A program made the position numbers and the translations under genes. A stretch of DNA of 64,000 nucleotides. Origin: Candidatus Kerfeldbacteria bacterium. Its GTDB lineage: Bacteria; Patescibacteriota; Patescibacteriia; SBBC01. Each line of letters starts with the position of its first letter. The first letter of the stretch is position 1. The notes under the pieces were generated by a model that was not told the origin of the DNA, made no database searches, and saw nothing but the letters and a program-made list of their open reading frames with translations. Location of the stretch: contig JACQPY010000013.1 in assembly GCA_016207275.1 (NCBI GenBank), positions 90,583 to 154,582 on the forward strand, written 5' to 3'. Below, piece by piece: positions 8,596 to 16,448 of the stretch.

Positions 8596-9126
8596 TTAAC
8601 GTTTTTGCCACTGCGGGGCGCGGCGAGCTCGTTTGAGGCCGTACTTTTTTCGTTCCTTAACCCGCGGGTCGCGCGTCAGAAACCCCAGTTTTTTCAGGCT
8701 GCTGCGGAGGTCAGGTTGCCGTTGGACGAGGACCCGACTCAAGCCCAGACGAATGGCTTCAGCCTGTCCACGTTTACCGCCGCCGTGAACTTTAACGCTA
8801 ACGTCACCGACGGAGGCGACGTGCCCTTGCTCAATCGGATCGCGTACGGTTTTTTGCAGCTCGAAGGTTGGGAAGTAGTGGCTGACGTCCTGACCGTTAA
8901 CCAGGAACGAGCCACTCCCCTTTTCCGTGTAGCGAACACGGGCAATGGCCGACTTGCGTCGACCAACGGCCATGCGGTAGGTTCGAGCGGAGACGATTCG
9001 TGGCGCGGCCTTTGCCGGCGTCCTGATTACTTTTTTGGACGCAGCGGCACGACGCCGACCCTTAGCGGCCGATACTCGTGTCGTCCGTTTACGTTTTACT
9101 GATAACGGTGCAGAGGCGGTTGGCAT
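8596..9126 (-). CDS. rpsI: 30S ribosomal protein S9 with a ~45-aa basic N-terminal extension
   Basis: The C-terminus reads GGGKRGQAEAIRLGLSRVL...RDPRVKERKKYGLKRARRAPQWQKR. The core matches S9 from RTYRMAVGRRKSAIARV onward. Confidence 0.9.
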   Translation of the reverse strand: MPTASAPLSVKRKRTTRVSAAKGRRRAAASKKVIRTPAKAAPRIVSARTYRMAVGRRKSAIARVRYTEKGSGSFLVNGQDVSHYFPTFELQKTVRDPIEQGHVASVGDVSVKVHGGGKRGQAEAIRLGLSRVLVQRQPDLRSSLKKLGFLTRDPRVKERKKYGLKRARRAPQWQKR

Positions 9127-9128
9127 AG

Positions 9129-9479
9129 TTACGGCGTTACGTTTAGGTGAGCCAGGAATCGTCGGCGAAGTTTGTTGCGCGGGAGCATTCGTGCCACTGC
9201 CAGTCGGACAATACGTTCCGGAGAGCGGGCAAAAAGTTCGCCCAAACTCGTCTGTTTTAACCCACCGGGGTAGCCAGAAAACTTGGCGTAGAATTGGTTG
9301 GTTGTTTTTTTACCGCTGAAGTGCAGCTGACGAGCGTGGGTTATCGAAACCGTAACCCGCGGGGCCGCGGCCGGGTCGAAATCTGGCAGGTGTTTGCCAC
9401 GAAGCAAGCGAGCGGCGCGACTGGCTACTCGGCCGAGGCTCTGGTTAGTGGCGTCAATAGTCTCGTGGGACGACGGCAC
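9129..9479 (-). CDS. rplM: 50S ribosomal protein L13 (start taken at the GTG 1 nt after the rplQ stop; the ORF-track Met at 9557 would overlap rplQ by 77 nt)
   Basis: The L13 core is present: TIDATNQSLGRVASRAARLLRGKH...FSGYPGGLKQ...SPERIVRLAVARMLP. Confidence 0.85.
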   Translation of the reverse strand: MPSSHETIDATNQSLGRVASRAARLLRGKHLPDFDPAAAPRVTVSITHARQLHFSGKKTTNQFYAKFSGYPGGLKQTSLGELFARSPERIVRLAVARMLPRNKLRRRFLAHLNVTP

Positions 9480-9480
9480 G

Positions 9481-9831
9481 TTAGACGAACTCAATGAGAG
9501 CCTGTTGACTGGCGTCGCCGGCCCGCCGGCCGAGCCGCGTAATTCTGGTATAGCCACCCGGACGTCGCGCGTAGCGCGGGCCTAGCTGAGTTAAAATTTT
9601 CTGTACGGCCTGCTCATTACCGAGGGTAGCCAGGAGGTGTCGTCGGTTAGCTAACGAGGCCGCTCGGCCGCGCGTGACCACCCGCTCAACGAACGGCCGG
9701 AGCGCCTTGGCTTTTGCTTCAGACGTAGTCATTCGACCGTAGGTAATCAGACTGATGGCTAAACTGCGCAGCAACTGACGTCGCGGTGCACTGGTCCGGC
9801 CAAGAATATTTTTTTTACTCCGGTGGCGCAT
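9481..9831 (-). CDS. rplQ: 50S ribosomal protein L17
   Basis: N-terminus MRHRSKKNILGRTSAPRRQLLRSLAISLI; the L17 family is conserved throughout. Confidence 0.9.
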   Translation of the reverse strand: MRHRSKKNILGRTSAPRRQLLRSLAISLITYGRMTTSEAKAKALRPFVERVVTRGRAASLANRRHLLATLGNEQAVQKILTQLGPRYARRPGGYTRITRLGRRAGDASQQALIEFV

Positions 9832-10627
9832 CCTCGGTTGGTCCGTTAGGGGCTGGTTCGGCGCTGGGCAGCGGCTGGTCCGAAGGTTCCGGTTCAGTCG
9901 TTTCTTTTTTTGATCGGCCGCGTTTCTTTTTCGGAGCGATCTCGGAAACCTTGGCGAATTCGGTGAAGTGGCCGACCAGTATCTGGGCCGCTTCGGTCAA
10001 GGCTTGCGGCGGTGAGATTGTGCCGTCGGTTTCGACTTCCAAAACAAGCCGGTCAAAATTCGTAATCTGTCCAACCCGAACGTTCTCCACCGTGAAGTTA
10101 ACCACTTTGATTGGGGTATAGACGGCGTCGACCGCGATCCAGCCGATCTCTAATTTTTCTTTTTCCCGGTTCTCGACCGGCACGTAACCGCGACCGGGGG
10201 CAACCATGATCTCCATCGTTAAGGCTGCCGCCTTGTCGGTCAGCGTCGCAATAGTTTGTTTGCCGTTGATGATTTCAACCGTGCTGGGTGCTTCAAAGTC
10301 AGCCGCGGTGACGGTGCTCGCGCCTTTGACGTTGAGCTTCAAGGTAACTGGTTCGTCAGCATGGAGTTTGAATCGAACAAGCTTCAGATTGAGCAGGATG
10401 CTGACCGCGTCTTCCTTGATGTACGGTACGGTTGAAAATTCATGGTTGACGTTTTCTATCTTAACTGCGGTGATGGCAGCGCCGGGCAGCGATGAGAGCA
10501 AGACGCGACGAAGGGCGTTACCGAGCGTCGTGCCATAGCCGGGGTAGCACGGCTCAATCACAAAACGTGCCCAGTCTTTACGGCTTTCAACGGTTTCGAT
10601 TTTTGACGGCAGGGGGATAGATTCCAT
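9815..10627 (-). CDS. rpoA: DNA-directed RNA polymerase subunit alpha, N-terminal domain only; the alpha-CTD is absent
   Basis: The alpha-NTD is present (GYGTTLGNALRRVLLSSLPGAAITAVKIENVNHEF...). After about residue 225 there is only a low-complexity K/E/P-rich tail and then a stop, with no helix-hairpin-helix CTD. Confidence 0.85.
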   Translation of the reverse strand: MESIPLPSKIETVESRKDWARFVIEPCYPGYGTTLGNALRRVLLSSLPGAAITAVKIENVNHEFSTVPYIKEDAVSILLNLKLVRFKLHADEPVTLKLNVKGASTVTAADFEAPSTVEIINGKQTIATLTDKAAALTMEIMVAPGRGYVPVENREKEKLEIGWIAVDAVYTPIKVVNFTVENVRVGQITNFDRLVLEVETDGTISPPQALTEAAQILVGHFTEFAKVSEIAPKKKRGRSKKETTEPEPSDQPLPSAEPAPNGPTEDAPPE

Positions 10628-10645
10628 AGCCTTCTCCGCGTGATG

Positions 10646-11257
10646 CTAACGTGAGTAAAATTCGACGATTAATTGGGTGTTGATAGGTGTGGCAACGTCA
10701 GTAGCGGCTGGCTTGGATTGAACAATCGCCGACGCGGCCGTCGCGTCGACCGATAGCCAGACAGGCGCTTGGTAGTTTTCCAGCTGTTTCTGAATCGTCT
10801 GGAAATGAGTTCGTTGCCGGCTCCGTTCGTCAATGGCAACGGTTTGGCCGACCCGAACCTGGTACGACGGGATGTTAACCCGACGACCATTGACGGTGAG
10901 GTGACCGTGCCGGACCAGCTGTCGGGCCGCCTCGCGGGAAGGCGCTAGCCCCGCCCGAAAGACAACGTTATCAAGCCGCAGTTCAAGCGTTTGCAGCAGC
11001 AGCTCTCCGGTATTGCCGACTTGTCGACGAGCCGCCACGACATAGCGGCGAAACTGCCGTTCAAGAAGACCGTAAACGAGTTGGGCTTTCTGTTTTTCCC
11101 GAAGGCGAATACCGTACTCGGATATTTTGCCACCACCGCGTGGGCCGTGCTGGCCCGGAGGATACGGCCGCCGTGAAAAAGCTTTTTCGCCGTGGGTGAC
11201 GAGTTTCTCGCCGATTCGGCGAACGCGCTTGGTTCGGGGCTGTAGGTTTCGTCCCAC
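10646..11257 (-). CDS. rpsD: 30S ribosomal protein S4
   Basis: MGRNLQPRTKRVRRIGEKL...YGIRLREKQKAQLVYGLLERQFRRY... is the conserved S4 signature, followed by the S4 RNA-binding domain. Confidence 0.9.
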   Translation of the reverse strand: MGRNLQPRTKRVRRIGEKLVTHGEKAFSRRPYPPGQHGPRGGGKISEYGIRLREKQKAQLVYGLLERQFRRYVVAARRQVGNTGELLLQTLELRLDNVVFRAGLAPSREAARQLVRHGHLTVNGRRVNIPSYQVRVGQTVAIDERSRQRTHFQTIQKQLENYQAPVWLSVDATAASAIVQSKPAATDVATPINTQLIVEFYSR

Positions 11258-11258
11258 G

Positions 11259-11717
11259 TTACACCCGTCGGACTTTCGGCGGCCGGCACCCGTTGTGCGG
11301 AATCGGCGTAATGTCTTTGATCGAAGTAATGTTTAAACCTTGGGCGCCAAGGGCGCGAACCGCCGCTTCGCGGCCAGAGCCGACGCCGCGGACGAAAACT
11401 TCAACGTTCTTTAGGCCGACGTCGCGAACCCGGTCGACTAAGTCACGGACGGTGCTGCCAGCCGCATAGGGAGTCGATTTTTTCGGGCCTTTAAAGCCCA
11501 TTTTGCCCGCGGAAGACCAGGCAATGACGGCGCCCGTTTGATCGGTGATGGTAATAATGGTGTTGTTATAGGTCGCCTGAACGTAAACTCGTCCGGCGGT
11601 GACGAATTTTCTTTTACCGCCTTTTTTCTTCGATGCTGACGGAGTGGCCGACGACGCCGTTGACCCCGGAGCAGACGTGGTTGCGGGTGACGTCGGAAGT
11701 TCTGGTGGTGTGTCCAT
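11259..11717 (-). CDS. rpsK: 30S ribosomal protein S11 (start placed at the internal Met 5 nt after the rpsM stop; the ORF extends to 11837 but that part overlaps rpsM)
   Basis: ...KFVTAGRVYVQATYNNTIITITDQTGAVIAWSSAGKMGFKGPKKSTPYAAG...GVGSGREAAVRALGAQGLNITSIKDITPIPHNGCRPPKVRRV. There is a low-complexity N-terminal extension. Confidence 0.9.
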   Translation of the reverse strand: MDTPPELPTSPATTSAPGSTASSATPSASKKKGGKRKFVTAGRVYVQATYNNTIITITDQTGAVIAWSSAGKMGFKGPKKSTPYAAGSTVRDLVDRVRDVGLKNVEVFVRGVGSGREAAVRALGAQGLNITSIKDITPIPHNGCRPPKVRRV

Positions 11718-11721
11718 CAGC

Positions 11722-12117
11722 TTAGGTCTTTTCCGCCGCGGTCCGACGGCCTGATCCCATGGTGCGGCGGACGTTCCCACGGACGGTCCGTGAGTTGGTT
11801 CGTGTTCGTTGGCCCCGAACTGGCAGCTGACGCGCATGTCGCGCGCCGCGATAGGCGCCGATGTCTTTGAGGCGCTTGACGTTCATAAAAACTTCGCGTC
11901 GGAGGTCACCCTCAACACGAAATTGTTTTTCGATCAACGCGCGGATTCGCCCGACCTCCTGTTCCGTCAACTGCTCGGTTTTTTTTTGCGGGTCAACGTG
12001 GGCGTCAGTCAGAATCTGACGACTCATGCTCAAACCAACTCCGTAGATGTAGGGTAAGGCGTAGGCCACACGCTTGCGGCCCGGCAACAGTACGCCGGCG
12101 ATGCGGACAGACGGCAT
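11722..12117 (-). CDS. rpsM: 30S ribosomal protein S13
   Basis: MPSVRIAGVLLPGRKRVAYALPYIYGVGL...KRLKDIGAYRGARHARQLPVRGQRTRTN. Confidence 0.9.
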   Translation of the reverse strand: MPSVRIAGVLLPGRKRVAYALPYIYGVGLSMSRQILTDAHVDPQKKTEQLTEQEVGRIRALIEKQFRVEGDLRREVFMNVKRLKDIGAYRGARHARQLPVRGQRTRTNSRTVRGNVRRTMGSGRRTAAEKT

Positions 12118-12119
12118 GG

Positions 12120-12236
12120 TTATCCTTGACGTTGCTTATGTTTCGGATTAGTCGGGCAAATGACGACCAGCCGACCTTTCCGTCGGATGACCCGGCAGTT
12201 TTTACACATCGGTTTGACGCTGGCGCGGACTTTCAC
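12120..12236 (-). CDS. rpmJ: 50S ribosomal protein L36 (not in the ORF track; GTG start overlapping the infA TGA stop as GTGA)
   Basis: Manual reverse-complement translation gives (M)[37 protein letters not shown], 38 aa. This is a canonical zinc-ribbon L36. Its stop lies 2 nt before the rpsM ATG. Confidence 0.85.
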   Translation of the reverse strand: MKVRASVKPMCKNCRVIRRKGRLVVICPTNPKHKQRQG

Positions 12237-12532
12237 GTGCTATGACGGTAAATAATGCGTCCCTTGGTTAAGTCGTAGGGGGTCATTTCGATGGTGACCC
12301 GATCGCCGGGCAAGATGCTGATTTTGTTCATCCTCATCCGGCCCGATAAGTGGGCTAAGATGGCGTGTCCGTTTTCGAGGTGGACACGAAACGAGGCGTT
12401 TGGCAGCAATTCATCGACCACGCCGACTAGTTCGAGGAAGCCTTTATTCTTCGGGGCTGGCGGTGGCGGCAGGTCGCGACGCTGCTTGCGCAGCTTTTTT
12501 GACCGGAAAAATGGTCGTTTACGCATCGTCAA
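12233..12532 (-). CDS. infA: Translation initiation factor IF-1 with a ~25-aa basic N-terminal extension
   Basis: Core: [65 protein letters not shown]. No alternative start codon exists near the core, so the extension is probably real. Confidence 0.85.
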   Translation of the reverse strand: MTMRKRPFFRSKKLRKQRRDLPPPPAPKNKGFLELVGVVDELLPNASFRVHLENGHAILAHLSGRMRMNKISILPGDRVTIEMTPYDLTKGRIIYRHST

Positions 12533-12638
12533 TAACGGCTTGGCGTACGCAAGCCGTGGACGCTCCGGTTAGCGGAGACGTAGCTGAGTTCGTTAGCTTC
12601 ACGAAGCTCTAACACGGAGTCTTGCAGTACAGAACCAT

Positions 12639-12667
12639 AACCTACCAAACCGACTAAAATCTGTCAA
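12639..12667 (-). promoter_or_regulatory. Putative promoter for the infA-rpmJ-rpsM-rpsK-rpsD-rpoA-rplQ operon: TTGACA-17-TAGGTT
   Basis: On the minus strand: cggTTGACAgattttagtcggtttggTAGGTTatgg. It lies about 107 nt upstream of the infA ATG, in the 147-nt gap after alaS. Confidence 0.3.
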
Positions 12668-12679
12668 CCGCCGAGAGGC

Positions 12680-14497
12680 CTACGGCTCAACCGTAGCCTT
12701 GATTCGGCGAATCCCGGCGGCACTCGACTTTTCGGAGATAATCTTAACGCGACCAACTTCACTCGAGCGTTTGACGTGGGGGCCGCCGCAAATTTCCTTA
12801 GAAAAATCGCCAATCGAGTAAACTTTGACGCGCGCCGGGTAACGCTCGCGAAAAAACGACAAGGCGCCAGCCTGAAGCGCTTCTTCCGGCGAAAGCTCTT
12901 GCCACGAGACGGGTAGATCGCGTCGGACCTGCTGATTGATGAGGTTTTCAACCGCGGCCAGCTGTTCCGCGGTCAGTTTCGTCGGATGGGTAAAGTCGAA
13001 GCGGAGTCGTTCCGGCGTTATATCCGAGCCGTTTTGCCGAACGTGTGAGCCGAGGACCGTCCGCAATGCTTGCTGTAACAAGTGGGTGGCAGTATGTAAG
13101 CGGGTTAGACGGGCAACGGCATCCGGCTTGAAGCGTGAAGCATCGAGGGCGTAGCCGCCCAAACCGTGACCGCCGAATTTTTTGGCCGCACCGGCTCGCG
13201 ACCGGCGCCGGTGCTCCTCAATTTTCAATTTGACTGCTTTTTCGTCAAAATTAAACCCGGCGCGACGAAGGCGCGCTGGCGAAGTGCCGTGGGTGGTAAA
13301 CAACGTAAAGGCTTGCTCCGGGGTAAGCCGTTTGGTCTGGCCGCTGCCGTTGGATAATCGGGAATCCTTGGCAGTCACTCGTTTGAGCGTCGTGTCGATG
13401 TGCCGGAGGAAACCTTCGGCTTCTTCGGTTAGCGCACTAGTAATCATTGAGCGCTGCTCGGCGAGGAACGGGTAAGCCTGCTGATAACGGTCAATAACGG
13501 CGGCGGCGATCGGTGGCCAAGCGGCTAAAGGGTAGGTCAGTTGATCGAGCGCGCGACGGAAAACGCGACGTAAGATGTATCCTCGATCTTTGTTTGAAAA
13601 GCGAACGCCGTCAGCCACCAGGAAGACCGCCGCTTTGAGATGGTCAGTGACGATTCGCAAGTGCGTCGTCCGTTCGAGGTGGCTCTCCCCTGCTGGTACC
13701 GCTCCAGATTGAGCAGCGACACGGATGATTGGAGCAAACAGGTCGGTTTCGAAAACGGTGGGAACGTCTTGCAGAATCAAGGCTAATCGCTCTAAGCCCA
13801 TGCCGGTATCAACGTTTTTAGTTGGTAGATCGCTGAACGCACCGGCCTCGTCTTGGAAGTACTCCATGAATACTAAGTTCCACAACTCAAGAAACCGGCC
13901 ACAGGGGCAGTTTGGACGACAATTCGACTGCCGTTCGCAGGGCTGACCGGTTCGGTCGACGTGAATCTCTGAACTCGGTCCGCACGGGCCCGAGGTACCG
14001 GGTGGTCCCCACCAGTTTTCGGAACGGCCAAACGACGTAATTCGATCGGTCGCTACGTACTCCTGCCAAAACTTAAAGGCTTCAAAGTCCTTGACCGTCC
14101 GAGTATCACCCTCGAAGATGGTCACCCACAGACGTTTTTTCGGCACGTTGAAGGTTTTGGTCAGGCACTCCCAGGCAAATCGGATCGTTCCCGCTTTCGA
14201 GTAGTCGCCGATCGAAAAGTTTCCCAGCATTTCAAAAAACGTCAGGTGCGAAGCATCTCCGACCGCATCAATATCTGAAGTCCGGAAGCATCGCTGCACG
14301 CTGGTGAGCCGCCGGGCCCGAAATCGAGTCGTGGGGTCAAGGTGACCGAGCAGGTACGGTTTAAACTGCTGCATGCCAGCCGTCGTCAAGAGAACCGATG
14401 GGTCATTATCAGGCACCAGCGAGGATGACGGCACGACCACGTGCTCCTGCTTCTTAAAGTAGGCGATAAATTTTTGTCGGATTTCTGGCGCTTTCAT
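12680..14497 (-). CDS. alaS: Alanine--tRNA ligase, short form (605 aa, lacks the C-terminal C-Ala domain)
   Basis: N-terminal catalytic core (FIAYFKKQEHVVVPSSSLVPDNDPSVLLTTAGMQQFKPYLLG), the editing-domain HxxxH (HTATHLLQQAL) and the CGGxH motif (CGGPHV) are all present. Confidence 0.9.
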   Translation of the reverse strand: MKAPEIRQKFIAYFKKQEHVVVPSSSLVPDNDPSVLLTTAGMQQFKPYLLGHLDPTTRFRARRLTSVQRCFRTSDIDAVGDASHLTFFEMLGNFSIGDYSKAGTIRFAWECLTKTFNVPKKRLWVTIFEGDTRTVKDFEAFKFWQEYVATDRITSFGRSENWWGPPGTSGPCGPSSEIHVDRTGQPCERQSNCRPNCPCGRFLELWNLVFMEYFQDEAGAFSDLPTKNVDTGMGLERLALILQDVPTVFETDLFAPIIRVAAQSGAVPAGESHLERTTHLRIVTDHLKAAVFLVADGVRFSNKDRGYILRRVFRRALDQLTYPLAAWPPIAAAVIDRYQQAYPFLAEQRSMITSALTEEAEGFLRHIDTTLKRVTAKDSRLSNGSGQTKRLTPEQAFTLFTTHGTSPARLRRAGFNFDEKAVKLKIEEHRRRSRAGAAKKFGGHGLGGYALDASRFKPDAVARLTRLHTATHLLQQALRTVLGSHVRQNGSDITPERLRFDFTHPTKLTAEQLAAVENLINQQVRRDLPVSWQELSPEEALQAGALSFFRERYPARVKVYSIGDFSKEICGGPHVKRSSEVGRVKIISEKSSAAGIRRIKATVEP

Positions 14498-15606
14498 GGG
14501 GCGGCTTCCACTGAAAACTGGCTGGCGGGAACGACGGATTTAATGGCCGCTCCACCGAGTACGGTCTGGCCATGGTAGAGTACGGCGTATTGGCCAGGAG
14601 CGACGGCTCGCTGCGGGCGGTTGAAGGTGATCAACAGACGACGGTCGGGCTGGATCTCGATCCGAGCACGTTCGAGCGGTTGGTGATAACGAATTCGGAC
14701 ATCAGCCCAGAACCGCAACCTCACCGGACGGTTAACCAGCCAGTTAGGCGAAGTCGTGGTCATCGTTTGGCTCAACAGCACCGGATCGTCTGGTCCACGC
14801 GCAACGACCACCGCGTTGAGTGCCGGAAGCTTGGCGGCGACGTAGTACGGCGTCCCGCCGCCGAAACCCAAACCATGGCGTTGCCCGACGGTGAAGAGCG
14901 GCAGCCCCGCATGCTGACCCAGCCGTTGCCCGTCACTTGTCAAGATTGGCCCGGCCGACGGTTGCAGCGTGGCCCGAAGAAAATCACGAACCTGGAGCGG
15001 GCCGAGGAAGCAAATCCCTTGGCTGTCCGGTCGATGAGCATTGGGTAAGCCGAAGCTTTGGGCCATGGCGCGGACCGCGATTTTGTCGTAGGTACCAATC
15101 GGAAAGAGGACGTGGTTGAGGACGCGGCGCGGCAACCGACAGAGGAAATACGATTGATCTTTTAGCGGGTCGAGGCCGGTCAGCAGCTGCGGTCCGGCAG
15201 CGCTGCGGCGAATTCGGGCGTAGTGACCGGTGGCTAAGGCGGCGTGTCGGGCCAATACCCAACGAGCCAGCAGGCCAAACTTGATGTGCTGGTTACACAG
15301 GACGTCAGGGTTTGGCGTCCGGCCCTGCGCGTAGGTGGTCAGAAAATTCGAAATGACAAAATTGTTGTAGGCGCGTTCGACATTGATAGTCCGGACCGGA
15401 ATTCCAAGGTGACGACCGACGGCCGTGACGGCGGCAAGGTCATCGCGCCACGAGCAGTCGCCGACCGCAAGGTGGCCGCGGACGACTTCCGAAGCATACT
15501 TCAAATAGACGCCTTCGACCTGGTAGCCGCGCCGCTGGAGCAGCGCGGCGGCCACGGCCGAGTCGACGCCGCCCGAAAGAGCGACGATTACCTTTCCTCG
15601 CTTCAT
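14494..15606 (-). CDS. mnmA: tRNA-specific 2-thiouridylase MnmA
   Basis: PP-loop VIVALSGGVDSAVAAALL and the MnmA family pattern over the full length. A 4-nt overlap with alaS. Confidence 0.9.
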   Translation of the reverse strand: MKRGKVIVALSGGVDSAVAAALLQRRGYQVEGVYLKYASEVVRGHLAVGDCSWRDDLAAVTAVGRHLGIPVRTINVERAYNNFVISNFLTTYAQGRTPNPDVLCNQHIKFGLLARWVLARHAALATGHYARIRRSAAGPQLLTGLDPLKDQSYFLCRLPRRVLNHVLFPIGTYDKIAVRAMAQSFGLPNAHRPDSQGICFLGPLQVRDFLRATLQPSAGPILTSDGQRLGQHAGLPLFTVGQRHGLGFGGGTPYYVAAKLPALNAVVVARGPDDPVLLSQTMTTTSPNWLVNRPVRLRFWADVRIRYHQPLERARIEIQPDRRLLITFNRPQRAVAPGQYAVLYHGQTVLGGAAIKSVVPASQFSVEAAP

Positions 15607-15639
15607 GAGACTGACTGTAGCACAGCGGTCAAAGATTTT

Positions 15640-16407
15640 TCAAGCTTCCCGCACACCCTCAATCAGACGGCGCAGTATCTGTAAGCCTTCGAGCAAACGT
15701 GGCCCCGGGCGATTGAGTACTGAATCGTCAAGGGCGTAGACACGGTTTAATCGAACGGCCCGCAGGGTACTCCATCCCGGTCGGTCAAGCAGGGCGCGGA
15801 GGTTTGGGTGCGCCTTGGTGTTGCACCATGAGACTACCATGAGATCAGGGTCGAACGTCTGGACTTCAGCCAGACTGACGGGGCGGCTCGGAAGGTCCGC
15901 GGCAGCCAGACTCTGCCCACCGGCGCGGGCCACGAGTTCCGGTACCCAGTTACCGGAGACGGCTGGCGGGTGCATCCACTCTTCAACGTAGACGCGGGTC
16001 GGTTGCGGCGATTGAATCGTGAACTGCTGAAGCTTCATGGTAAACAGCTTCGTTAATTGACGACCGGCCGCCGGCCGGTGCAGGGCTCCGGCGATGCGCT
16101 GAAACGAGGCCATGACGTCAGCGAGCGATCGAACGTTGAGGTGTAAAACGGTTAGTCCGCGTTGCCGCAGCTGATTGGTGATTGCTGTTTGGAGAAAGGT
16201 CGAGGTGAGGACCAGATCGGGACGTAAACGGATAACCGCGACGACATCGCTGTCAGTCCAACCACCGACGATCGTCCTCCCCTGTCGAACGGCCGGCGGG
16301 AAATCACAGAGGCTGGTAACGCCAACTAAGAGATCAAGGGCGCCGAGGCCGGAGACGATTTCGGTATTTGACGGGGCCAGGCTGACCACCCGTGGTGCGG
16401 CTCGCAT
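15640..16407 (-). CDS. BtuF-like (cobalamin / Fe-siderophore family) ABC substrate-binding protein, orphan
   Basis: PRVVSLAPSNTEIVSGLGALDLLVGVTSLCDFPP...IRLRPDLVLTS matches the BtuF/PF01497 helical-backbone binding-protein fold. No permease or ATPase gene is adjacent. Confidence 0.6.
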   Translation of the reverse strand: MRAAPRVVSLAPSNTEIVSGLGALDLLVGVTSLCDFPPAVRQGRTIVGGWTDSDVVAVIRLRPDLVLTSTFLQTAITNQLRQRGLTVLHLNVRSLADVMASFQRIAGALHRPAAGRQLTKLFTMKLQQFTIQSPQPTRVYVEEWMHPPAVSGNWVPELVARAGGQSLAAADLPSRPVSLAEVQTFDPDLMVVSWCNTKAHPNLRALLDRPGWSTLRAVRLNRVYALDDSVLNRPGPRLLEGLQILRRLIEGVREA

Positions 16408-16448
16408 GCGGATACCATAGCAGCCCCCGGTTCGGTTGGCGAGAATGC

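Noticed and set aside
9035-9497. Plus-strand ORFs (9035-9319, 9294-9497, 9394-9585) in the rpsI / rplM region.
   Set aside because: Antisense to highly conserved ribosomal protein genes; chance ORFs.
12680-12696. Hairpin ctacgg-ctcaa-ccgtag near the alaS stop, considered as a terminator.
   Set aside because: It lies inside the alaS coding sequence (its last codons), has only a 6-bp stem, and has no following U-tract.
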